NCBI GenBank assembly: GCA_041178085.1
Contig: JBEGVZ010000066.1
Span: forward strand, 1-15,039
DNA from: Pseudomonadota bacterium
Lineage (GTDB): Bacteria > Bdellovibrionota_B > Oligoflexia > Oligoflexales > RGVZ01
DNA: 15,039 nucleotides
Direction: 5' to 3'
Position 1 is the first letter of the stretch, and each line of letters starts with the position of its first letter. Below, piece after piece: positions 7,674 through 15,039 of this stretch. The notes beneath the pieces were generated by a model. That model worked only from the letters and a program-made list of their open reading frames with translations. It was not told the DNA's origin and did not search any database. The position numbers were made by a program, and so were the translations under genes.

Positions 7674-9139
7674 TGTTTCGGCCCAGACCCAGTGGACACG
7701 GAGTGCCATTGCAAGGTTGCCACGCCAAAATTCGCCTGCCGAGCCTGCTTTGCGGGGTTTTCGGCCTCGTCCACCCGGCAGCGCTGATTTTGCTGCTGAC
7801 ACTCTCTTGCGGGATCATCCTGGCGCTTCCAGCTCGCGCCTGGGCTCAGACCCCTGGCCTGCACACGGCTCCGGTCGTTATTTTCGGATCCCAGATACGC
7901 GCCGCCACTGGCCGCCCGCTGACTACCTACCGCCTTTACAAGAGCGGATCCAACGGGCGAGCCGAACCGATCCCCTTTCAGATCGATGAGCTCAACCTCG
8001 ACGGGGACTATGTCCTCGATCAGGGCAGTGCCGTTACCGCAAATTCTGGAAACGGCCTTTTTGACCTGCAGGACGAACTTGCGCTCATGGGTGACGACAT
8101 TGGCCCGGCAGCAGCTCCGACCGACTGGGGGGTGAACCCACCCAACGAGGTATTTGAAATCCAGTTCGACTATCGCGGCATGCCGATGCCACCCGCAGCC
8201 TGGGCGCCCGACCGGAACAAGGGCGCGGTCTATCTGGCTGTGTTCCACCGAAATCCGCCTGCCCCCGCCAGCAAGACCTACGTCGTATTTGACCGGGGCA
8301 CAGCAGAAGTTAAGACGTCACGCTACCGTTACGGATTCGACCAGAAGAACTGGCTGGTGTCGCGCAAAGTGGAAATGCGCAACCCGTCCCCGCAGGCTAA
8401 ACCTGAGTTCCTGCCAATTCTGGACTCAACCACTTTTTTCATGCGCGCCGACTTGAAATATTTCCTGACGTTCGAAGCAAACCACAACTCAGTCAGCAGT
8501 GAGCTGGAGGCCTACAAGATCGGACCGGTCCGTTCCATCATCCGCATCACCTACTACTACACATTGCTGCGTCTGAATTTTGAGCTGGGCATGTACACGG
8601 AGATTTCGTTTTTCTCGAACGCCATATTTCTGCCCGCAATCCTGTACAACCCGATTGACGGGCCCAAGGCTCTTAACTCCGGCAGCGGTTTTTATTATGG
8701 CCTGGCCCTGAAGGACAACCCGCGCGATTACAAGATCGAAACCAACATGCAGCCTTGGCAGCCTTCCGGCTTCCTTAACTTCCTCAAATCACCCTTCGAA
8801 CGGATGCAGCCCATGTACTGGCTGAGCGCCACCGGCACGGACCGGATGCTCTACATGGAGATGACTCCCTCCGCCCAGATGAACAAACTCGGTGCTGCAC
8901 CGACCTTCTACCGGGAAGACCGAAGCGGAGAAGAAATCAAGCCGCGCAACAATGACCGCCCAAACCCACTGGGTAGAAGCCCGGTCAATCTGGGGCTCAA
9001 CTTTGACCTGACGAAGTTTTCCGAGGGCGACCACCTGGTCGGCTTCAAAATGTACGTGGACAATCTAAGAGACGAACGCAGGCTTGAATCCTACAAGCTG
9101 ATGAACCGCTGGGGGATAAATGCACAACGCATCCGATGA
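7673..9139 (+). CDS. Exported hypothetical protein with a PIPFQIDE motif (start uncertain: 7646, 7673 or 7709)
   Basis: Long ORF with host-like codon usage, a hydrophobic segment ending ARAWA|Q, and a beta-strand/aromatic-rich mature region. The ATG at 7646 sits inside the TATAAT box, so a later start is likelier. TTG 7709 has GGAG 5 nt upstream. Confidence 0.85.
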   Translation: MFRPRPSGHGVPLQGCHAKIRLPSLLCGVFGLVHPAALILLLTLSCGIILALPARAWAQTPGLHTAPVVIFGSQIRAATGRPLTTYRLYKSGSNGRAEPIPFQIDELNLDGDYVLDQGSAVTANSGNGLFDLQDELALMGDDIGPAAAPTDWGVNPPNEVFEIQFDYRGMPMPPAAWAPDRNKGAVYLAVFHRNPPAPASKTYVVFDRGTAEVKTSRYRYGFDQKNWLVSRKVEMRNPSPQAKPEFLPILDSTTFFMRADLKYFLTFEANHNSVSSELEAYKIGPVRSIIRITYYYTLLRLNFELGMYTEISFFSNAIFLPAILYNPIDGPKALNSGSGFYYGLALKDNPRDYKIETNMQPWQPSGFLNFLKSPFERMQPMYWLSATGTDRMLYMEMTPSAQMNKLGAAPTFYREDRSGEEIKPRNNDRPNPLGRSPVNLGLNFDLTKFSEGDHLVGFKMYVDNLRDERRLESYKLMNRWGINAQRIR

Positions 9140-10163
9140 AACGCCGCGCGAATCCGCGCCGGCAGCCGAATCCGGTGTCGCTCGCGCCTGGCAATCGCTG
9201 ACGGGGGCTACCGCCGCCCCGGAAGGCATCCAGTTTGTCGAGGTGCCGGGCCCTTACGGCGCCCTTGATCCGGCGCAGGTCGATGAGGACAACCTGCCCA
9301 TGATCGTCTGGTTGCGCGGGGATGAGCCATGGTTCGAGGATTTTTCTGTCGACGCTGAACAGGCGATGGAAGAACTCGGCATCCGCCGGTCACGACTGAC
9401 ACAGATATCTGGCCGTGAGCTGCGGGTCGGCAAGAAGCGGGTCGACCGCTACATCCGCCCCGTGTTCCGTCCGGAGGATATCGCTGCTTACAAGAACTTC
9501 ACGCGGGCGACAGTGTCCCACCTGAAGTCGTCGCAAGTGATCGACGGCGCGCTGGCACGCCTTGAAAGCGAGACAGGCCATCTGGTGGAAAAGGTCACCG
9601 AGGCTGTCAACCAGCGCACCGATGACTTCCAGGGAACCCTCGAGGGGATCGCCGCGGAGTTCCGCCACGCACAGGGTCTTTTGTTGCGCGAAGTCACGGA
9701 CCGCGTTGATGGAATCGAACGGGGGCTCGACAGTTCATTGAAGGCGGCGCTCTCACGTGTTGATGCCGCGCTCTGTCAGACCGGCGATCAGGTTCAACAG
9801 CTGCAAACACAGATCCAGGGGCAATATGAGACGATCCTGTCCTTGATCAATCAGAACCACCTGCTGCTACGGGAATTGCAAGTTTCCATGACTGCGCGCA
9901 TCGACGCTGCAGCGCAGAACGTGACGGGAGAAACTGCACGCATCGAGGCCGCAGCCCGTCAAGCGATTGCCAAGTCCGCGGAACAGGTCGAAATGTCCAT
10001 CCACCAGACCCGCCTGGCAATCCGGGCGGACTTGAAAAAACTAAGCGAAGCAAAGAGGGAACAGAACGATGAGGAAAAACAGCATTCAGGCAAGCGCAAG
10101 CCGTGGACTCATTTTGGTCGCAATCGCAATGGCGGCAACCATGCCCGCAGGTTGCGGTACTGA
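9120..10163 (+). CDS. Putative DNA-binding protein: MerR/excisionase-like winged HTH followed by a long coiled coil
   Basis: About 9345-9500 encodes SVDAEQAMEELGIRRSRLTQISGRELRVGKKRVDRYIRPVFRPEDIAAY (helix-turn-helix, basic wing, F-x-x-x-D-I helix). It is followed by about 180 aa of Pro-free Ala/Gln/Glu/Leu-rich helical sequence. It overlaps the upstream gene by 20 nt. Confidence 0.75.
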   Translation: MHNASDETPRESAPAAESGVARAWQSLTGATAAPEGIQFVEVPGPYGALDPAQVDEDNLPMIVWLRGDEPWFEDFSVDAEQAMEELGIRRSRLTQISGRELRVGKKRVDRYIRPVFRPEDIAAYKNFTRATVSHLKSSQVIDGALARLESETGHLVEKVTEAVNQRTDDFQGTLEGIAAEFRHAQGLLLREVTDRVDGIERGLDSSLKAALSRVDAALCQTGDQVQQLQTQIQGQYETILSLINQNHLLLRELQVSMTARIDAAAQNVTGETARIEAAARQAIAKSAEQVEMSIHQTRLAIRADLKKLSEAKREQNDEEKQHSGKRKPWTHFGRNRNGGNHARRLRY

Positions 10164-10410
10164 AAGCGGCGGCAGCAGTTCGAGTCCAACAGCAAGCGTG
10201 TCCGATGCCTTCAAGGCCAACTGCGCACGCTGCCATGGCGAGACCGGTTCTGGCGGCAGCGGTCCCTCATTGAGGGGCTATCCGCAATCCAAAACCAACT
10301 TCCAGACAAAAGTCCGTAACGGCGGCGGGGGCATGCCAGCTTTTTCGGCCACGGATTACACGGATGACAACATTACGACGGATTACGCATGGCTGATTTC
10401 AAACCCGTGA
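10069..10410 (+). CDS. Monoheme class I cytochrome c lipoprotein
   Basis: GAGGGA lies 8 nt before the ATG. The protein has a lipoprotein-type signal ending PAG|C, a Ser/Gly tether, the heme motif CARCH (10222-10236), G..GPSL and a distal-ligand segment GGGGMPAF. Confidence 0.92.
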   Translation: MRKNSIQASASRGLILVAIAMAATMPAGCGTESGGSSSSPTASVSDAFKANCARCHGETGSGGSGPSLRGYPQSKTNFQTKVRNGGGGMPAFSATDYTDDNITTDYAWLISNP

Positions 10411-11021
10411 TGCGCACAATAAAAAAGCGCAAATCAAGCCAGCTGCTGGCGGCCTTAGCCGCCGCATGGCTTTCCATCGCTGCCACAACGCCGTCGGCAA
10501 GCACTTCCCTGCCCTACAGGGTCACCAGCGGGAAGGTGACATTCACCGCCATTGGCAAGCCTGGATTCCTGCGTGTCAACGGCCGGGGCGCAGTACCCGG
10601 AGGCATTTTTACCTTGAATGGCAACAAGGGGCTGGCGGCAGCCGAAATCTCTGTGAAGCTGGACGCGTTCGAAACCGGGATTGCCATGCGCGACCGGCAC
10701 ATGAAAGAAATTTACCTGGAGACAGGCAAGTTTCCAGAAGCGAAGCTTGTTGTCTCGCCCGTGACGTTTGCCGGTGATGCCATCCCGGAATCTTTGGATT
10801 TGAAGGGGGACCTTACCCTGCACGGGAAGTCCCTGCCGGTGACGGCGAGAACAAAAATCAAGACCAATGGCGACCAGATGGAAATCGAGTCCGCCTTTGA
10901 TCTTAAGCTTTCTGATTTCGGCATCGCGATCCCGGAATATGCGGGAGTCACCGTAGCCGATACGGTCAAGGTCGACGTTACGATCACGGCAATCCGGGAA
11001 ACAACTGCGGGGAAAAAGTAG
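10410..11021 (+). CDS. YceI-family periplasmic lipid/polyisoprenoid-binding protein
   Basis: Signal peptide; FETGIAMRDRHMKEIYLETGKFPEAKL; LKGDLTLHGKSLPV; FDLKLSDFGIAIP; VADTVKVDV. The ATG at 10410 shares a base with the cytochrome c stop (TGATG). Confidence 0.93.
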   Translation: MRTIKKRKSSQLLAALAAAWLSIAATTPSASTSLPYRVTSGKVTFTAIGKPGFLRVNGRGAVPGGIFTLNGNKGLAAAEISVKLDAFETGIAMRDRHMKEIYLETGKFPEAKLVVSPVTFAGDAIPESLDLKGDLTLHGKSLPVTARTKIKTNGDQMEIESAFDLKLSDFGIAIPEYAGVTVADTVKVDVTITAIRETTAGKK

Positions 11022-12139
11022 TGGCACTCAAGTCTTGCATCCAGGCCGTGATGGCATCCTTGTTCGCGTACGTATCCTTTACGAACACTGCCTTCGCTTA
11101 CCCCGAGAACGTCCGCAAGGGCTATCCCAGTTGCGCCTCATGCCACGTCAGCCCAACGGGCGGTGGCGTTTTAACCAATTACGGACGAAAGTCATCCGGA
11201 GAATTCATTGCCACGTGGGGCAACGAGGCAGAAAGCGAATTCGCCTGGGGGGCGGCTCCCCTGCCGGGATGGCTTGCCCTGGGTGCTGATGTGCGTCACT
11301 TGAGTTACAAACGTGAATTGAACCGCCAAATCACAGAACGCCGCCTGATCATGCAGCAAGAGGGCGAAATCGCAGTCAACATCGCAGGCAAAGCATGGCT
11401 TGATTTCTCTCGCGGAAAATACAGCAATTTCGAGTCCAGCCAGCGCGCATACCTGCTCTTCAATGCCACGGAAAACATTTATGTCCGCGCCGGCAAATAC
11501 TTTGCCCCTTTCGGGATCCTGCGCGCGGACCACACAGCGATAAGCCGTCGTGCGGTCGGAATGGATCAGGGACGCGAGACCATCAATGCGGAACTCGGTT
11601 ACCAGGACGAGCGGGGCGAATTGATCCTCACCGGAATCATGGGCAACTGGCAAACCGGCGACGAGTCAGTCGATCCGATATTTAGAGATCAGGGTTTAAA
11701 CCTGCGCGTGGCGGCCTACCATGGCGGCAACAGCCAACTCGGGGCAAGCGCGATGGGGATTCAAGGAGAATACGTGGATCGACAGGCCTTGGGCCTGTAT
11801 GCCATGACGGGGGTCGGAGACAACAGTTGGTACCTTGGCGAAGTCATCCTGGAAAGAAGACGCCTTGCCAACACCGGATCGTTGTTTCACGAGGCCATCA
11901 TCAACCATCACCAGTTTGGCTGGGAATTTTTCCGTGGTGCTCACTTGATTGGAAATATTGAAACCCTTTCACCCATTGCAGGCAAACTGCATTCAACCGA
12001 GTGGTCCGTTGGACCTGGCATCCAATGGTTCCCGCGGCCGCATTTCGAATTTACCGTTCAGGCAAATCGTTTTATGCGCAAATCTTCGTCAGACAATCAG
12101 GGGTCAGAGCTTAAAATGGTCTCACACCTTTGGTTATGA
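11021..12139 (+). CDS. Outer-membrane beta-barrel with an N-terminal c-type heme motif (cytochrome-porin fusion, Cyc2-like architecture)
   Basis: Signal peptide ending AFA|Y, then YPENVRKGYPSCASCHVSPTGGGVLTNYGR (CxxCH at 11132-11146), then alternating amphipathic strands (LALGADVR, IYVRAGKYFAPFG, INAELGY, VGPGIQWFPRPHFEFTVQ) and terminal VSHLWL. The GTG start shares a base with the YceI-gene stop (TAGTG). Confidence 0.85.
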   Translation: MALKSCIQAVMASLFAYVSFTNTAFAYPENVRKGYPSCASCHVSPTGGGVLTNYGRKSSGEFIATWGNEAESEFAWGAAPLPGWLALGADVRHLSYKRELNRQITERRLIMQQEGEIAVNIAGKAWLDFSRGKYSNFESSQRAYLLFNATENIYVRAGKYFAPFGILRADHTAISRRAVGMDQGRETINAELGYQDERGELILTGIMGNWQTGDESVDPIFRDQGLNLRVAAYHGGNSQLGASAMGIQGEYVDRQALGLYAMTGVGDNSWYLGEVILERRRLANTGSLFHEAIINHHQFGWEFFRGAHLIGNIETLSPIAGKLHSTEWSVGPGIQWFPRPHFEFTVQANRFMRKSSSDNQGSELKMVSHLWL

Positions 12140-12285
12140 AGTAGCTGGGGCGACTCGGGATTCCGTAGCTCAATAAGCCACTGTTCTGATTAGTGTTTTT
12201 GTGAATTTTATTTTTCTCTAAACTTTATCCCTACCATCGACGAACCCTTTCAAAGTCGCAAATCCTGCGACCAGGGAGGTGGAAG

Positions 12286-14379
12286 ATGGCTTTGTGGAAC
12301 CGGCGATCCGGGTATCTGGCTTACTCGCTTTTGATTGGATTGATGACTGCGGGATGTTCCGACGAACGCCCGGGACCCAAGCAACAACAACTCGTCCAGG
12401 GTGAAGAGGAATCCACCGAAGAAGAGGGATTCGTAGTCGACGATGCTCAGGGCTCGATGCTCGGATTGACCGGTGGCCCTTCCAGAACATTGGCATTCCC
12501 TTTCGAAAACATGTTCGTCAATCCTTTGGCAGGCAAGGGTCAACGTACGGCAAAAACCGAACCGTTTACTCGCCAAAAATTTGCGACTTTTTCTGCTTCG
12601 AAGTCCTCGCCTGTTTACAACTACGCGGCCGATTACGAGACCCCTCGACAAAGGTCTGATTATCTTGGTTTCGACATAGTCGGGGACGGCACAACCATCA
12701 CCTTCCGGAAACCGGTGATCAATATTACTCTGCAGGTCCTCCACAAACCGGGGCAATTCCCGGCGAATCTTATGTTCCTGGTGGACGGCAAAGCTCAACC
12801 GTTCGAAACGAAGCGACAATATGAAACGGTTACTAAAGTCCGCCTGCAAATCCCGAACGGAGCTTCGTCGGTTCGGATTGCGGGAGGCAATGAGCAAAAC
12901 AGTCACCTTTTGTTAGACAACCTGAGACTGACATTTTTGCCAAATTCCGATTCCGGGCAAGACAACGTACCCGTCACGGGAGGTGGAAGCAGCTCGTCAA
13001 GTAGCACCGGATCGACTGGGGGTGAGGATGACTCGCTAACCACTAGTTCGACTGGCACCGGTTCGACCGGTTCATCGACCTCAAGTGGGGATGGCGACGA
13101 ACCCCAACCACCAGTCGTGCACCCGACCACCCAGCCTACTCCTACTCCCCCTCCCGGCGGCGGATCCAGCGGAGAGTCGGGCCAGAGGCAATTTGCGATC
13201 GTCTACGAAACTGCTCTGAATGCAGGGCTGGAAATTCTGGCGAATAAGGAAGAAACCGACCGGATATGTCTAAACGCTGCGCAACGACTATTCAGAATCC
13301 CGTTTTCATCGCCCCCAACCGCATTGATCTTTAGAAGCGGCCAACTTGCAACAGCCTTGATTCCCGACATGGAGATCCAGAATATCTCGGGGGAAACTGT
13401 TGCGCAAAATCGTCACGATTTCATGACCACACCCCGTTTTCAAAGACAGCTTTATGTGAGGACGCCAGCGAACGTTATCACAGGATTCGACCGGCAGACG
13501 GGTTGGGGCAAGGACTGTAATTCTTGGAAAACATCTGGTTACGTCCACACGTGGTCGTATATCGGCGAGGAGCAGATACGAGAATGTACACATGATCAAA
13601 AGAATCAGGCCTACATTTTATGCATCGGTGTTACCTCATCATCCGATCAGGGAGGCGGCACAGCTACGGGAGGTCAACCGACGTCTTCTTCTGGTGAGCA
13701 ATCGACGTCTGCGACTGCAGGTGGTGGCAGCGGCTCGACTGGCGACCAATCGCAGTCTTCGAGCAGCAGCAACCCGATAGCTCCTACAACAGATGGCGGA
13801 TCGTCGACCGGCGAGCAAAACCCCGAACAGCCTTTACCCCCCCCCGGAGAGGGCGGGAACAGCCCGGATTCCAATGGAGACAATCCCAATGTGCAGCCAA
13901 GTTATGCGATCGCGTTTGCAACCCAAAAAAGACTTCGTTTAGATGCGATTCGCGATCCCAAGGCGGTCGAAGAAATTTGTAGGGTAGAAGCTGCCATGGC
14001 TGGACTTAAATTCATCGCGCCCCCAATCCCACTAATTGTTCGTGACGAAAACACGGGTCTTGGAAGTCTCGTTCCAGATCTGCCCATCAAGAATCTCGCT
14101 GGTGATCAAGTTGCCGCGAACAGGCAAACCTTTCTGGAACCGGGAAACTGGCAGGCCCCAGTGATAAGTCAATCAAGACAACTAGAATTCATGTTGACCG
14201 GGGAAAAACAATTTCCGTTTCCAGGCGAAGCGCAATCGAATTGCAATAATTGGACACAGACATTTGGATCTGACGTCACCGGGAGAATGCCCTTTGGAAT
14301 GATCCAACGACGGGGATGCTTCGAGCTAGACCGGTATGCTGAGGGGCTTCCAATTATGTGCATCGGACTTATGCAGTAA
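12286..14379 (+). CDS. Surface lipoprotein: beta-sandwich domain plus two endostatin/DUF1554-like domains separated by Ser/Thr/Gly/Pro linkers
   Basis: GGAGGT lies 5 nt before the ATG; lipobox MTAG|C; the N-terminal domain ends LLLDNLRLTF. Low-complexity linkers span about 12940-13182 and 13633-13893, and there are two homologous 4-Cys domains. Confidence 0.85.
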   Translation: MALWNRRSGYLAYSLLIGLMTAGCSDERPGPKQQQLVQGEEESTEEEGFVVDDAQGSMLGLTGGPSRTLAFPFENMFVNPLAGKGQRTAKTEPFTRQKFATFSASKSSPVYNYAADYETPRQRSDYLGFDIVGDGTTITFRKPVINITLQVLHKPGQFPANLMFLVDGKAQPFETKRQYETVTKVRLQIPNGASSVRIAGGNEQNSHLLLDNLRLTFLPNSDSGQDNVPVTGGGSSSSSSTGSTGGEDDSLTTSSTGTGSTGSSTSSGDGDEPQPPVVHPTTQPTPTPPPGGGSSGESGQRQFAIVYETALNAGLEILANKEETDRICLNAAQRLFRIPFSSPPTALIFRSGQLATALIPDMEIQNISGETVAQNRHDFMTTPRFQRQLYVRTPANVITGFDRQTGWGKDCNSWKTSGYVHTWSYIGEEQIRECTHDQKNQAYILCIGVTSSSDQGGGTATGGQPTSSSGEQSTSATAGGGSGSTGDQSQSSSSSNPIAPTTDGGSSTGEQNPEQPLPPPGEGGNSPDSNGDNPNVQPSYAIAFATQKRLRLDAIRDPKAVEEICRVEAAMAGLKFIAPPIPLIVRDENTGLGSLVPDLPIKNLAGDQVAANRQTFLEPGNWQAPVISQSRQLEFMLTGEKQFPFPGEAQSNCNNWTQTFGSDVTGRMPFGMIQRRGCFELDRYAEGLPIMCIGLMQ
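13183..14376 (+). repeat. Diverged internal domain duplication (13183-13632 and 13894-14376)
   Basis: Matching segments: FAIVYET/YAIAFAT, DRIC/EEIC, FSSPPTALI/FIAPPIPLI, LIPDMEIQNISGETVAQNRHDF/LVPDLPIKNLAGDQVAANRQTF, ITG/LTG, DCNSW/NCNNW, ILCIG/IMCIG. Confidence 0.9.
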
Positions 14380-15039
14380 GCAACCCATGCTCGCGGATGA
14401 TGCCGATCAAGGCATCTACCGCCTGCGCCTGGTCGTAAGCACTGGTATCAAACTCGACGGCGTCGTCTGCCTTGCGCAGCGGCGCCTCGCCTCTTCCGGA
14501 GTCCTGCTTGTCGCGGCTGGCGATATCAGCCATCACAGCATCAAGTGATTTGGCGTCAATCTGCTTCAGGCGCCGGCGGGCACGTTCCTCAAGGCTAGCC
14601 GTCATGAATACTTTCAAGTCAGCATCTGGAAAGACGACCGTGCCAATGTCACGTCCATCCACCATGACGCCGTTGGGGGCATCAAGGACCAGGTTTCTTT
14701 GCACGGGAAGAAGAAGTTTCCGGACTTTTTGCTGCTTGGCGATAAAGCTTGCTGCGTTTCCGGCTTCAGCAGAGTTCAAGCGCGGAGTCAGGTTTTCACT
14801 GCCGCAAAAGAGCATGCGCTGTTCGTAATCCCAGCGAATTTGTCCGGCCAGAGATTCGAGCATCACACCCACAGCCGCTTCGTCCTGCAAGTTGATCCCG
14901 CGGTCGCTGGCCATCAGGCCGACCCCGCGGTAGAGGGCGCCGGTATTGACGTAGGACCAGCCGATACGGGCACTCACCTCGCTGCAGATGGTGCTTTTGC
15001 CGGACCCTGCCGGGCCGTCCACTGCAACGATTATGGGCC
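14369..15039 (-). CDS. cmk: Cytidylate kinase, 5' truncated
   Basis: The frame is open to the window edge (P-I-I-V-A-V-D-G-P-A-G-S-G-K-S-T). Other motifs: NTGALYR, VDGRDIGTVVFPDADLKVFMTASLEERARRR, RDKQDSGRGEAPLRKADDA. Confidence 0.97.
   Translation of the reverse strand, partial: PIIVAVDGPAGSGKSTICSEVSARIGWSYVNTGALYRGVGLMASDRGINLQDEAAVGVMLESLAGQIRWDYEQRMLFCGSENLTPRLNSAEAGNAASFIAKQQKVRKLLLPVQRNLVLDAPNGVMVDGRDIGTVVFPDADLKVFMTASLEERARRRLKQIDAKSLDAVMADIASRDKQDSGRGEAPLRKADDAVEFDTSAYDQAQAVDALIGIIREHGLLTA

Noticed and set aside
7571..8248. 225-aa minus-strand ORF and the 7606-7818 N-terminal extension of the 7009 ORF
   Set aside because: Both overlap the better-supported plus-strand gene and the promoter region. 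The GTG at 7605 gives a proper SD and signal peptide.
12159..12174. GATTCCGTAGCTCAAT resembles the 5' end of a tRNA (acceptor strand plus TAGCTCA)
   Set aside because: No D-loop GG, anticodon arm, TTC arm or complementary 3' acceptor strand follows, and no integrase is nearby. A match this short can arise by chance.
12250..12906. 218-aa minus-strand ORF
   Set aside because: It is antisense to the lipoprotein gene, which has a strong SD and lipobox, and it shows no motifs of its own.
12940..13893. Recurring TCGAC(C/T)GG words as a DNA repeat element
   Set aside because: They are Ser-Thr-Gly codons in low-complexity protein linkers, with irregular spacing.

Overview
Bacterial chromosomal window with no RNA genes, CRISPR arrays or mobile elements that I can support. 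The gene content suggests a Bdellovibrionota/Oligoflexia- or deltaproteobacteria-like diderm, but that is inference. From left to right: (1) the 3' part of a large surface protein with exact 300-bp Cys-containing Ig-like repeats, a Gly linker, a propeller-like region and a C-terminal endostatin/DUF1554-like domain; (2) an overlapping minus-strand thrS-metG pair, preceded by two hypothetical genes; (3) a compact divergent promoter region; (4) a gap-free plus-strand chain of five genes: an exported hypothetical, a MerR/Xis-like HTH plus coiled-coil protein, a monoheme cytochrome c lipoprotein, a YceI protein, and a CxxCH-bearing beta-barrel resembling Cyc2-type cytochrome-porin fusions; (5) a lipoprotein with two tandem endostatin-like domains; (6) cmk, cut by the window edge. 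The best candidate for an undescribed system is the coupled cytochrome c / YceI / heme-porin module. The endostatin-like surface proteins come second. All family calls come from motif reading and recall, not database searches.
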